From positions 48,236,001 to 48,300,000 of the forward strand of contig CM060734.1 in assembly GCA_030704615.1 (NCBI GenBank): 64,000 nucleotides of DNA, written 5' to 3'. The stretch is from Takakia lepidozioides (lineage: Eukaryota; Plantae; Bryophyta). The notes beneath the pieces were generated by a model. It did not search any database. It was given only the letters and a program-made list of their open reading frames with translations, and was not told where the DNA came from. Position 1 is the stretch's first letter. Each line of letters opens with the position of its first letter. A program made the translations under genes and the position numbers. Of this stretch, positions 1-12,856 are shown one piece after another.

Positions 1-1008
1 TCACTCACTTTTTCCGATGTAGAGGAATTATTTCTCAAGTTGAAAGGACCATGCTTTGTAACGTTATTAGGCCTACTTTGCAGTACACATCTTCCGTGTG
101 GGAAGGCAACTCCAACCATGCTAAAACTTCAGAATCCATTCAGCTTTCGGTGCCCAAGAGGAGCATGTCAGCATGCTCTAGAACAGCTAATGTGGATGTT
201 CATAGCGATTTTGGCATACCACCATAGAGCTCTTGATGTGATGAATTCAAGGTCAGGTGCTGGGGTCAGTTGAATCGCATGCCTCATACCAGATACCCTA
301 AGATGATCAATATTTCTTGGAAGCAAGACCGTCCTGTTGAACAGGCTGTCCTGTCGGGAGAATGTAAATGAGATTTTCAAGTACCTAAATACTAGGCACA
401 AACTGACCCTGCTAGATGCAGCTGACTTGGAGGTGGAAGGGTCTAAGCCCATGTCAGAAGCATGAAAACAAATTGAAGTTAGGCATAAGACTCCCTGAGC
501 TTGTTTCTAGTTTGTGACATGGGTGAGGACCTATGGATGATCTGACGCCTACCTACCCAGAAATTGACTTCTTCTAAACACGAACAGAACTTACCTGCCA
601 ATTTGGAATACTTGTTGTAGCTTTTGGAGCCAGTTGGGATTTGGAGTCTGCACCAGAAAAAACACAATGAATAGATCAAGGAACAGTACTTTGCTGGCAT
701 GCAATTCCAATTTCAATGTGAAATAAATTGTAGCAATTTAGACTCCAGAGTGAAATGAAGGTGAGTGTGTGTGCAAGAGCTACTAAAGAATCCATTACAC
801 CTTTCTTGTTGTAGCTTTGCAGCCATATGCCTGCCAAGCTTTGAGCACATTTATAAAAAGACAGGGGGAAGGTGGTGATAAGAGGATAGAGTGAGGTCCA
901 CTACGAAGGCTCACGCAGGTGGAAAGAACTACCATGTAAATCTCATTGATTATGGCATATAAAGATTTACCCCAAACAGTGTTAAGATTAGAAAGTCAAG
1001 TCCAGCAG

Positions 1009-4000
1009 TCAGAGGTTCAAGGAGTATACTGAGAGCTCCATAGAAGTAGTATCGAACGCTCCCTTTGCATCCTTGATGCTGCAGCATTTGGCATATATGT
1101 CCACCAGGATAGTGTTAAGAATGACATTTGCTGTGATTCCCCGTTTGATGATTTCACCACCGACCTCTTTGCCCCTGTTCGCCTTCAAATGAATGCAATC
1201 TGGTCTGGCTTCACCCCTTCCCACTTCATTCTTCTCCATTCTTTCACAAGGCAGTCAGCTCTGCTTTTAGCCAAGGAGGAACCAACCAACTGTTAATCCA
1301 AAGAACCTCATGTGTATGTGTATGCCTGAAATCTGGTTCTCAGATTTTTCTGCAAAACCACCAGTGCGCAGCAACACATAAGCATATTTTTTATGAAATC
1401 CTCTATCTCATCCAGTTGCCCTGCACGGCCAAGAAGATCCACCATGCAGCCAAAATGCTCCACTGTAGGGGTGAGGTCATGATCATGACTCATAGAATCA
1501 AAGTAGTGACAGCCTTTAGCTAGTAGGCCCACATGGATACATGCAGACAGAAGAGAGATGAAGGTGATATTGTTTGGCTTCAAGCCTTTCTGGTGCATTT
1601 GTTCAAATAGTTGTAGGGTCTCCCTCTGTAGATGCATATATTGGTACAAATTTCTTTTCAGATTGTTTTTGATCTTAAGGCAGACAGTTTAGGTATTGTA
1701 CTGCCAAAGCAAGGCAATTTGTGAGTAATTTGGGAATCGCTGGTAAAGCACGTAGGAACTTGAATCACGTCCGAGATGACCATGGAGAGAAGCTCTGGCG
1801 TCAAAATGATGGTATGATGCTGCATCGACAGCAAATTAGGCTGCCAATTCGGTACCAGTAACGACGACGTGCACCTGTTCGAAACAATACATGACGACTA
1901 TTCCAGTCCCGGATTGCTATCTCTCTATTCTCCCGCCTTTCAAGTCCAGTAGGAGCACAGTCTTGGCAATTGGAGGAAACAATCTGTATAGCGATGAAAT
2001 ATCGCGATAAAGCAGGTGCTGCATCAGAGCAAATGATGGGTGAAGGAGCTTCCCAACGAAGTTTTGAACTCCTCAACGATGCAAAGAGTGTAGGAGGGAA
2101 CTCCAGAAGATCTATGACCTAGTGGCAGGGCCAAAGACCCCATGGGGCACCACCAGTATTTTTACTGCCAGGAAGCGGCAGACTACCTATATGGCGAAAC
2201 CATGGAAACCAGCAAAAGGTTGGCTTTTCTTCCCCGATTCCCTTGAGAATTTACAAACAACTACAAGGCATCTAATTGTAATTTGTCACCAAGTTTGTTG
2301 ATTTATGAAGGTGATGAAAGACGGCATCAAATTATCAAGCCGGAGGAAGTTGCGAAGGACGATTAAAAGGAATTCTAGCTCATCCAATGGATGAAAAATG
2401 GAATTTCGACCTACAAGCTGGATGGATGACAAGACAACCTAGCACCAACTGGTCATCCATTGGATGGATGAAGAAACCACATTTATCATTATTTCCAAGG
2501 TTTTCCATCCATGGTTAGTAGTTTATTGTGTTCTATCGTTTTTAAATTATAGACTCGTGTAGAAAATAATAGTTTAAGACTATCCTTCACTAGTTTAAGA
2601 GGCCCCAAAAACACAATAAAAGAAGAGGAAGTTCCTCTTGTTCTTCATCTAGACTCATTTATTTGCTTTGGCCTCTTGTTTGTGTAGTTAGTTTTGAGCT
2701 TGAGGGAGCTAGATCCTAGAGGGTTGAGCTTGTGGCTCTTTGGTAGTAGAAGCAAGCATAGTGAGAGCAAGATAGTCCTAGCTCAAGGCCTTGTGGCCAT
2801 GTGAGGCAAGAAGTAGAGGAAGCGCTCCATGAAGTGGGAGACTTGAGGATGAGTAGGAGGCCGGAGGAGGACCAGATTTGAGTATCATTCTACCGAACAA
2901 TTTAGTGCATCCCGAGCACCACTTGTTTCAGAGGGTGACTTACCATATTATCTTGACCTTTGGATTCAATTGTTCCATGTGTTGTTTAAGCTTTCCCAAG
3001 AAGGGACCTTATAACATTGCTTGCTAGAAATTTATAAAAACTAACCTTCTTTCAAAGAGGATGTGTGTGAATCTTTATGTGCATGTGTGAAGAACACAGG
3101 TGTGAAGCCCCAAGGAGACATGGCCTTTAGGAATCTAACCCAATGATGTCAGGGAAGTGAGGGTAGATGTCCATTATTAAGTTTAAGGAGAGGACAAGCT
3201 TGCATGAAGTAGCGAAGCTATTGTCAAAGTTCCATTTCTAGCTTAGTGGCAATGGCCATATTGCAGGGGACGGTGAAGCTATCGCCAAAATAACTATATT
3301 ATTAAGTCCATTTACATGTTCATAAGCCCCCTGGCCATGGAGGACCATGGGAGGCAGTGTTAACTAGCTTTATAAGTGGTTAAGCTATTTTGTAGAGAAC
3401 TACCAAAAAAGGCAGAGCCCAGCACTAAAGTGCCGGCGCCTTAGGCGCCTCTAGGCTAGAGGTCAACCAAGGAGGTTATCGAGAATCGCCATGGAAATGC
3501 GCATCTAACACGGGTGGCGCGGCCTTCCCCCATGGGGGAAGTTGACCCCTGGAGCAAAATAGGGTTGCTGGTACATTGCGTTGCAGCACCAGGCGCCATA
3601 GCTGGGTCTGCGCAGGTACGACACGAGTGGCAGAGACGACGAGAGCCTACTATTACCCACTGGACCCGCGCCAGTGGCGGGCCAGTAACGCCGCTGGCCG
3701 TGGGGTATCGGTTTTAATCGCTGGATATTGCGACGGACCCCGCCAGGGACTGCTGGTCCCTAGGTACGGGTATTTTAAGGGGGGTTTTCTCCCTATGCCT
3801 TTGATTTCTTGTGCACTATTTATGGTGTTCTTCTTGCATGGGAATGAAGGCGTGTTTTAGCAAAGGATATAAATCGGGTGGTACCATTGGACACACCCGA
3901 GTGAGGCCATCAGTTTGATATGTATCCCGGGGCTTGTGAAAGCATGGCTCACGGGTGGATGCCATAGGCAGAGAGAGAGAGCCCAGAGACAGTGAGGAGA

Positions 4001-5250
4001 GAATCCCTGGTAGGGGTTCCAGAAGGTAGAAGATGACATGTTCCACATTTGTTCTAGGCTAGTGGCTTGCATAAATTAATCAGAATATAATGGAAGTAGG
4101 TGGAAGAGGCGCAGGGAATGGACCCTGGGACCCAGTGAATGTTTAATCATTGTTTAAACACCAGGGTGGCAATCGGATGAGAAACTGATAGGAGGCAGAT
4201 TTCATTCATCCTGGCCCAGTGATTGCTTAAGTTGCTAATGCATTATTGATTGGGTTGGTATAGGAATTTAGGGGCATTCCCAACGTGGAGAGCGGTTCCC
4301 CAATGCTCCCGACATAAATGGCGTTCCCAGGGCACTCCCTTGGTAGCTTGAGGGTAATTTGGTTAGTTCCAGGATCCTATGAGGATTCACTATTTCTACG
4401 GATTTCATGCATTTGTATGAAGGTTTTAATTATTTGTTCTTTATTATTTAGCAAGGTAAATTCGCCTTTAATAAGGGATTTTATCTGGACCCCCTTTACT
4501 TAAAAACGCAGGCCAAGTTGAAGACCCACTTGAAGGCAAATACCCGGTCGCTGGGGGGGGGGGGGGGGGGCTTGGGCCAAGGAACGGCCATTGGTTTTAT
4601 TAGATCTTGGAAATTACCTAGAGGTTTGAATTGCTATCATTCACCCGATGGACTGACCATTGAGGTTGAAACTTTCGATCGCCCCAAGCAGGGGATACTG
4701 ACTTGAGAAAGCGGATCCGGTCCCTTCCTTGGAGGTAGGAAACTCATCCACCTCGGGATTTATGGGGGGGCATTGGGCGGGAGATAGATGATCCCCGTTT
4801 CCCTGGGCTCGAGATTCGCTTTGTGAAGGGATTTGAAGGTTCATCCCGGCTATAAGCGTGTTGGGAGTCAAGGCACGTAGGAAGTAGTAATAAACAAAGA
4901 CTTGGAAGTAAATTACGATTAAAGACGTAGAAAACCTATAAACAAAACGTAGGACTAGGAAACGCAAATCGCCCTGTGAAGTGGAGTTATCAAGCTTTGC
5001 TTTGCCGGTAGGATGTGTGTTAGATCCACCCATAGCTGTCGCGGACCCCTGCACTTACCACAGCCGGGTAGGCGGTTCGTTGAGCCCAACCTACACCGAA
5101 ACTTACCACGACCCCCTAGGCTAGTATGCCGTCGCCCTGGCAGCGCGCGACCGGGGCTCGTCACCCTCCCATACCCATGTGAGCATATGTTGTGATCATC
5201 CCACTCTATGAGACCACATTTCGTTTAGCCCTCTCTTCTTTTGATGTTTC
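1009..5250 (-). pseudogene. PLS-class pentatricopeptide-repeat (PPR) pseudogene fragments, interrupted by a solo LTR
   Basis: PPR motifs 'NVILNTILVDIYAKCCSIKDAKGAFD' (1009-1239) and 'ETLQLFEQMHQKGLKPNNITFISLLSACIHVGLLAKGCHYFDSM...VEHFGCMVDLLGRAGQLDE' (1308-1626). The preceding 'RNVVS*SGMITTYA' lies at ~5170-5230, beyond the LTR. Contains stops and frameshifts. Confidence 0.85.
1627..5163 (+). mobile_element. Solo LTR (~3537 bp), probably Ty3/gypsy
   Basis: Begins TGTAGATGC and ends GGGGCTCGTCA (TG...CA). Perfect 5-bp target-site duplication CCCTC at 1622-1626 and 5164-5168. Removing it rejoins the PPR sequence. No retroelement protein coding seen inside. Confidence 0.85.
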
Positions 5251-5496
5251 TTTTTTTCCTCCATTAAAGATAGAAGTGATGGTGGATGTACCAAAACTCA
5301 TACCCTTGCCCTGACTCTGGTGCATAACAGACAAGTGGGTCTGATCCCAGATTTGAAACCCCATCACCCTGCATGAAAAGCATCGAGAAAGATCGATCAA
5401 TGCCTGATTGTTTGCGCCATTTAAAGTCCCTCCTCCCCACTTACCAGCTTTAAATTGCCTATGTTCTCATTTCCCTATATCCATATTACAAACAAG

Positions 5497-5976
5497 AAGG
5501 GTGGAAATAAACATACCGAACACTACAAATCTTTCTTGGAAACTTCATTCCAACGATTCCTGGTGCAAGATCTTCAGAACCCAATTTTATATGCGGAGAG
5601 GCACAAGATTCTTTAGGCAGTACAATTCTTATCGGAAATTGTCGTGATCCAGAACACTAGAAGTCCCATAGACGGGGAATCTCGTGCAATTGAAGAGGTG
5701 ATTCTCCGAGTGCGCTTTCAGCATCATTTGCTCAAATGAAAAGGGTGGAAATAAACATACCGAACACTCTAGATCTTTCTTGGAAACCTCATTCCAATGA
5801 TTCCTGGTGCAAAATCTTCAGAACCAATTTTACATACGGAGAGGCACAAGATGCTTTAGGCAGTACAATTCTTCTCGGAAATTGTTGTGATCCAGAACAC
5901 TAGAAGTTCGATAGAGGGGGAATCTCATGCAATTGAAATGGTGATTCTTCGAGTGCGCTTTCAGCATCATTTGCTC
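5497..5976. repeat. Tandem duplication of a ~237-bp unit (period 244)
   Basis: 5497-5733 and 5741-5976 both run AAGGGTGGAAATAAACATACCGAACACT...GCGCTTTCAGCATCATTTGCTC, with scattered substitutions. Confidence 0.95.
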
Positions 5977-7639
5977 GCCGTAACGAAACAAAACGGAACG
6001 GAACGAAACGAAACGAACGACGAACAAAAGAAAGAGAACCTATTGTCGCCTTTGCTAAAACCAGTTCCGACTTTGTCGTCACTGAAATTATTTATTTAAA
6101 ATTCAATAAAATTTGATTTAATTCAAAATTAGTTCAGAGAGTGAGTGCATTGTTGGGGAGGCAAATTTTTTTTTTTTTTCGTTGAATCTTTGCACATGTG
6201 TTGCAGACATACTCAAGCACATGCGGGAAATACATGAGCTTGAACCACATCTGTTCAATGGGTGCAATGGCCGTTCACCCATGAGAGGTTTTTATTTCAA
6301 AATGAAGAAAATTGGTTGACTGGATGAACATCCTTTTGGGGGGGGGGGGGAAGAGAGAGTTTTTTGTTTTTTTTTGAAACTTTGTTTGCGTGACTTTTGT
6401 GCACATATATGTAATTATATTTGAATGACATATTTGATGCATATATGTACACATTGCCCATTGCGGTTTGCATTCTTACTTATAAGTGTTGTTGCAAGGA
6501 CACATTATAATATATGCATGTATGTTCATTTGTTCATATCAGGACTTTGTCCCTCACTTCCCGGTCCTTTCTCATGGCACCCCATCCGAAAACGAATCCA
6601 AGTACATCAAGTCGGAGCCGTGGGCGAGACGCTGCCCCCACGGTTGATGAAGTACCGAACAATGGTGACGCTGACACTAACATTGACAGTGACAACAACA
6701 ATGAGGATGTAATTAACCAGGAGGATGTGTATGTAGTGTGAATGCAGGGGAGTGACATTGAAATTTTTGTTGTTACTCACTGAGATTCTGCATTTCTACA
6801 AAGGAAGGGCCCTGGTACCAATGTGAAAATAGGTTGAGTTGTCCCTGCAATTTTTTCCATACATGTTTCTAGGTTACATCATGGGAACGATGGGGAACTC
6901 TTGGCTAGGATGAAAATGCTCAAGTGTCTTGCGATTTTATTTCATCCATACTATGGATGGAATTCATCCCTGCCTATTGGTTATTTCATGGGCCCACTAT
7001 GCTGATATTTTGCTAGGATGAAAGTGGCTAAGTCGTGACCATACGTATTTTCATCCGGAGGATGAACGGATTACATACATGCTTACTGGATGACTCACAT
7101 GAACGAGGATGAAGGATCCAGTGCCAGGGATGCAATGAATTTGTGATTAACTCTATTAATGAAACCTAGCACGTTTTCCGTTCGTGGAAATGAATGACTC
7201 TCATCACTGGCGGTTACCCTAGAAACGCGGGACGAGGAAGTCGAAGAAGAAGATGACGGGGGCTCTGAGCAGATGCTGCGAACAGTGGAATTGGCAGGGC
7301 ATTGTGTTGTCAAGGGTGATTGCATCTACGCTGGGTCATTCTGGCTTGCATTAAGGGAAGTGTTAATTAGAGGTGATGTAGAGGATAAGGGCACAACTTG
7401 GTCATCTGTGCAGCAAGGGAAGCGGTGCCGTCTTTGGTCTGTTTCATTCATGATCTCGTGCTGCTGGAGGATAAGCTCACTAAGGAATACAGCTTGGTAA
7501 GGTGTGCGATGCCAGCAGGGAACGGTGCAGACCTATGGCTGGCTGACAAAGAAAGAATTGTTGGTGGGGGGCGGTGAAGGCTTCACACACCCTACATTGA
7601 ACGATTTATATTAAGGGAGCGGCAGCACATGTGGTGGCA

Positions 7640-8501
7640 TCCTACGCATGAGATATCTGACGGAAAAGCCTCGGATGTGGAAGGAAGAGGGGGATGCATG
7701 AACCAATGACATGGTTTTGCCCAAAAAATCAAAGAGGATAAAATTGCCGACCTTGGGGATGGAGCAAGCGCATGACTTCATACTGAAGAACACCCCATCC
7801 ATACATGAGTGGGTGACAAGATACAATAACCTTGTTCAACAACGAGAGGAGGAGATGCTTGCATGGAGGCGGAACCATCCAATGCCGGTTACTAGATGCC
7901 CTCGACGATGAGCGGGCCGCCGGAATGTTTCTTTACAAAAATTGCCCATGGAATTGCAACCTCTAAGTTCATTCCAACAGTGGCTTCGGACTTCAGTTTA
8001 TGACGCTGTTGCTCAAGGCGAGGTGGTTTCAGATTTGGTGCAAGACATTGCAAGGGGCCCCTTCTCAATTCGCGACCTCATACACGGCGGTTTGGGTTCA
8101 CGGTCGTCATTTCCGCATTCGTGCTTTTGACATGAAGCGCAAAACAACCTTTGATTCTGGCTTGTGTGCCACATATTGGCAAAACTCCGTGTAGGGCAAG
8201 GGAGATACACGACCTGCTACGAGCAAACTTGAGTACATTGGAGAGCTTGAGAGCATACTCCAACTTCAGTATACAAAGTACCAGCCTCTTCTCACTATTT
8301 GAAAAAGAGGGGGTTTTCGACGTCGCGGCCACGCCGCAGCCACGTCGCGGTGTTGTAAAACAGCCCTTCTCGGGCAGGAGAGAAGAACCAAATTTGCGAC
8401 GTCTGGCCGTCGCAAGCCCGTCGCCAAAAAAACGTCGCAAATTTGTGACCAATAGGGGTCGCAAATAGGCGAAATTGCGATTTGCGATGCCCGGGCATCG
8501 G

Positions 8502-8547
<46 letters not shown>

Positions 8548-8830
8548 ATTCTGCAATGCAAAATTAGCACCGTCAGGGGTCGCAAAGTGTGACGCTTGGA
8601 CGTCACAATTTAAGGGGGTACATTTGAATTTAGGTAGGAAAATTTAAATCTGAAATTTGAATTTTAAAAACTTGTTGACCATTGACTCCGGTTTTGTCTA
8701 ATGACGATATGTTCATTGTTCTACATATATCATGCAATGCATACTTGAACCTAAGACCTCCACGTTATAACATTTCTAAGACACTACAAACTAACCAACA
8801 CACCTACGCTACATCTATGTATCACAAAAG

Positions 8831-8863
<33 letters not shown>

Positions 8864-9720
8864 TTTCAGTTCATTCTAAGAGGGTCTCTCTTGTGATGCC
8901 GGAGTTGCAACCTCCACAGCCTTAGTGCCCAGCCCCAGCCCCGCCCCAACGTCATCGCCGTTGTTGTACCCCCCACCGCCAGAGGTCCCAAACGACGTCA
9001 TTGTGATGACCTAAGCTGACCACAACACCATTGTGACCCCCTGTGGCGACGTCGTTGTGACCCCCTGACGTCGCAACGCTGGGCGTCCCAGCGCGGGGCG
9101 CCCCCAGCGACGCTTTGGTGAAGTTGAAGGCCGCAAAGCCCAAAAAAATAAAAATAAAAACTCCTACTGTGGTGATGCTGTGTGCGACGCCCTGGCGTCG
9201 TAGAGGCACTGGGGCACCCTTAGTGACGTTATTGCGATGCCGAGGAGTTGCAACGTTTTTTTTTTTTTTTTTTTGGATTATCGATGCCTGGGCGTTGCAA
9301 GAAAAAAAAATCCGTCGCAACGAGTGTCATCTTTCCCTTCATACCACCTTACGATGGCTGGGCGTCGCAATAGTATCGCAGCGGGGGTTCGGCGTCGCGG
9401 GTCAGTGTCGTGCGGGGCGTGGGGGCACAGCTGGCGTCGCAAACCCCTCAATTTGTTGTAGTGTCTCTTCAAGGGAAGGTGGTTCCAGCCACATCTTGTG
9501 GGGCCCTCCGCAACACTAGTGCAAAATGATTGTGGTTTCATGCGCGTCAATGCAGATAGGCTCAACCCTATTCATCGTCCCTCCGATGAGCATGTTTCAT
9601 GGCTTTCAGACATGAAGTAAGTTTTCTTCTCCGATGACAAAACAAGAGGGAGAAATTGGAAGGTGGTTGTGCATGCTCAGTCAAGATAAAGACGTATCTA
9701 TCATGGTTTCGGATTTACAT
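7640..9720 (+). pseudogene. CACTA (En/Spm) TnpD transposase C-terminal remnant (DUF4218/DUF4216-like), split by a nested element
   Basis: 'AHDFILKNTPSIHEW', 'SYTAVWVHGRHFRIRAFDMKRKTTFDSG', 'EYIGELESILQLQYTKYQPLL' | 'FKGRWFQP...DCGFMRVN...VFFSDD...WKVVV' follow the motif order of CACTA transposase C-termini. Multiple stops and frameshifts. Confidence 0.75.
8293..9463. mobile_element. Non-autonomous CACTA element (1171 bp)
   Basis: CACTA at 8293 and TAGTG ending at 9463, with imperfect TIRs (CACTA..GAGGGG.TTT.CGACG). 3-bp TSD TCT on both sides. Dense GCGACG/CGTCGC subterminal repeats. Confidence 0.9.
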
Positions 9721-10399
9721 GGGGTGAGGCAATTGCGGTGGAGGGAGAGACTGGTCATAATGATGCTGATGATGGAGGTTGGGTAGAGGGGGTAGAAGAG
9801 GATGATGACGCCCCGGAGAATGCATCCCGGACCATATATGATGAAGCTCCAAAAAATACGGATGTTGGACAAGGAGATGAAGACACGGCCATTGACAACG
9901 AGGTGGAGGATGATTTGGAGGTGCCTTTTGAGGGCCGGACCATGATTTATGACCATGACTCCGATGACTAAGAAGACTTGCAGCTTGATGATGATGAAGA
10001 AGCTCCGGATGATGATGTTCAAGTTGATTAGACACATAATCAAAGCTACATAATAATTCTCGCACCGAACTGTACCCATCCCTTTGATTGATTGTACATT
10101 TACATGCATATTGTAGCTTATTTCTATGATTGATCAAATATGGCTGTGGCTGGTAGTCTTTCAAGAAAGAAGGCAGAGGCAATGAATATGTTGGAACAAA
10201 CATATAGATGTGGTGTCAAGAGAATTATCAAAATGAATGTCACAATCTATAAGAAGGTCCACAACAACAAATTACACCATAAAGAAAAAGAAACACCCTA
10301 CTCCAGTACCATATGAAAATAAAATAAAATAAAATAATAATAATTTTAAAAAAAAAACAAAGAACCCCAAAAGGCCCTAAACCTAAACCTACAAAGCCC

Positions 10400-11026
10400 T
10401 GTCGTCACTGCCTGCGACACCAACGCGTCACAAACTGCGAAGCATTTTTTTGGGTTTGTGAGGCCGGGGGTCGCAAGCACGACGGCCTGCCATCGTAGGA
10501 TGCGACATTTTTTTTTGATTAAAAAAAAACAGCCCCTGTTTGCGACGTCCCGGCCGTTGTAGGGGCTTTTTGCCCTTTATGCCACTGTGCGACGGCCTGG
10601 CGTCGTAAGCAAGGGCTGTGATGAAAGAAAGGGCAAGAAATGGCTGCATTTTTCCGCTTGCGGTGGCCTGCCGTCGTAAGCAAGGGCTACGATAAAGAAT
10701 GAAAGGGCAAGAAATGGGCTGCATTTTTCCGCTTGCGGTGGTCCTGCCGTCGCCAGAAAGGGTTGCCTTATCGCCTTCATGCCACATTGCATCCAAGACT
10801 TGGGGCCGCACGAAAGGGCTGCCTTCTGTCCTTCATGCGCCCGTGCGACGGCTGGGTGTCGCGCCTGGCCCTGGGCTAGGTGGCAACCCGCGGGGTCTGT
10901 TTGCGACGCCCGGTCGCAAAAAGGCGCCGCGGGGTTGGCGCCGCTCGCTCACGCTCGGCGCCGCGCGGGACATGGGGGCGCGGCTGGCGTCGCAATCCTC
11001 CCCCTCCCCCCCCATTTGCTGTAGTG
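10400..11026. mobile_element. Right terminus of the outer CACTA element
   Basis: GC-rich GCGACG/CGTCGC subterminal array ending ...ATTTGCTGTAGTG at 11026, similar to the 9463 end. No matching left end found. Confidence 0.75.
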
Positions 11027-11169
11027 AGTCACCGTCGTATGGATGAGAAGCACGACGAATTTTGTGGGGGTGTTTGATGGCGTGGGTGGTGTTGGGGCAG
11101 GTTTGGCATCCGTGAGTGGGGAGTCGAGGTATTCCGGTGGGCCACGCTCCGCTCCGAAGTCGTCCGTTC

Positions 11170-11592
11170 TGCGTTGTTCCAATGCAACGTCCGACTATTG
11201 TCGCGATATTTCATTGTTATACAATTCATAATTATAATTTGCTGGCCGAGTGCTGTCACCGTGTGGACCTACTAGATAAGTGAAGGGGGAGAAAAGACAG
11301 ATCGCAACCCGTTCTTACAGTCACCCTCATACATTTTAAACAATTCCAAGTTGCTGCTAGTTGTAACCGAATTGGTAGCCTACTATGCTATCTTTGCAAC
11401 TTTTCTACTGTCGTTTTGACACTAGAGTGCCACTTGATGCTCGTCTCAGCTTAATCTAATTCCTAAGTGCTTCACCAGTGGTTCCCAAATAAACTAACAA
11501 CTTGTGAAAATTGGGCAGTACAATGCCGAAACTGCCTGGCTAAGGATAAAAAAACGATCCGAAAATAAAATTGTACCGTTTAGGCATCTACA
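11170..11592 (-). mobile_element. Diverged partial LTR of the same family as 1627-5163, in opposite orientation
   Basis: The minus strand starts TGTAGATGCCTAAACGGTACAATTTT and aligns by eye with 1627-~2030 (shared TAGGCT.CCAATTCGGT and ATGAAATATCGCGA). Confidence 0.8.
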
Positions 11593-12114
11593 CGCTGCCA
11601 TGAGGGGAGGTGAGGCGGAGGGCGGGGGTGGGCCATGCAGGCAGGCCCGCTGAGGCAACATTCAACTCCTAGGCCTCTTTTATCACTTGCCATAGTATTC
11701 CATACACGTTACCCATCATGGTCGTGTGTTCCTGTTCATGGCGCGCATTCTCGCTCATGGTCCTGGGCCATGACGAGGAGGGGAGCGGGACCTGAAACAT
11801 GGGAGATAGGGAAGCAGGGTGAGGAGCTACATGGGGGAGCCATTTGTTTTCATCCTATCTTTCTCAACTGAACTAGGGTGGTTTCTGCCACTTCAGATAT
11901 AGGCTCTTGTCCCTTAGATTCCCCTTAGACTGTAGACTTTCTGTTGAGGGGGTATTTTTCCTTTGGCCTCCTTTGGGTTTGAATTTGCCAAACTCCTTTT
12001 TGATAGAGTCCAACTATGACAACAAGCTGAGATATATAGAGGGAGATGGTGCCAACTCCATAGGGTCACATGAGCCTTGTGATGGAGCAAAGGTTATTTT
12101 TTCTATTTGAACAG

Positions 12115-12265
12115 GTAGCCAAGAGGTTGGGTGTTTGTGCCTTGCCTGTGCATAACCTAGGTGATCCTGGGGTCAATCCTTCAACATGTGCCTTCAAACC
12201 GTCCATTGGGCCCTCGATGGCCTGTGTGTTGAGCGGTAAGCTCTGTAAATTCACTGGACGTTAAA
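12115..12265 (+). mobile_element. tRNA-derived SINE-like repeat
   Basis: A-box-like GTAGCCAAGAGG and B-box-like GGGTCAATCC. The head GTTTGTGCCTT.CCTG.GCATA.CCTAGGTGATC is shared with 53345-53445 (-). Confidence 0.55.
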
Positions 12266-12856
12266 GAAACTTTATTTTATCTTATCTTTATTTGAATTAT
12301 TACTTTGCTTACCGTGGCATGGTACCGTTTTTTCAATATACAATTTAAAAAATAATATCAAGTGAAAAATTGTATGAAATAAATAAGCCAGACACCAGTA
12401 AAAAATAAAAACAGTTCAATGGAACTGATTTATCTATAAACACATCTAAATTGGTCAATAAAATAATAACTAAATTGCATGATCATTGAGTCTGTGAAAT
12501 ACAACAAATATGGCCAAAACAAGGACTAGATTAATAGAGAGTAAATTTCTAGAGGAACAATGCTATTGATATATTAGAATATTAATATTTGAAAGCATTT
12601 GTGAACAAACAAAATTCCAAACATTAAAATGTTCCAAACCTAAAGATATTAAAAATAATGTACATGGGAATGAGCAAAGAGTACTAACAACATGTTTAAA
12701 TAGCTACAATTTAAAGAAAAAATTATGTGTATTAATGAGTCTAAAAAATAAAATAAAAATCCACATGAATGATGCAGTTTGTCAAAGTAATATGATAAAA
12801 AGTAAAAATAAAAAATATGATATCACATTTTAAAATTCTCTTCTCATTTCTGAATA

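Noticed and set aside
1-760. Coding or LINE remnant on the minus strand
   Set aside because: No recognisable motif in the short ORFs.
1627-11592. A single 10-kb element with long terminal inverted repeats
   Set aside because: The left copy has its own TSD-defined end at 5163, and the flanks at 1626 and 11593 do not form a TSD. Two independent LTR insertions explain it.
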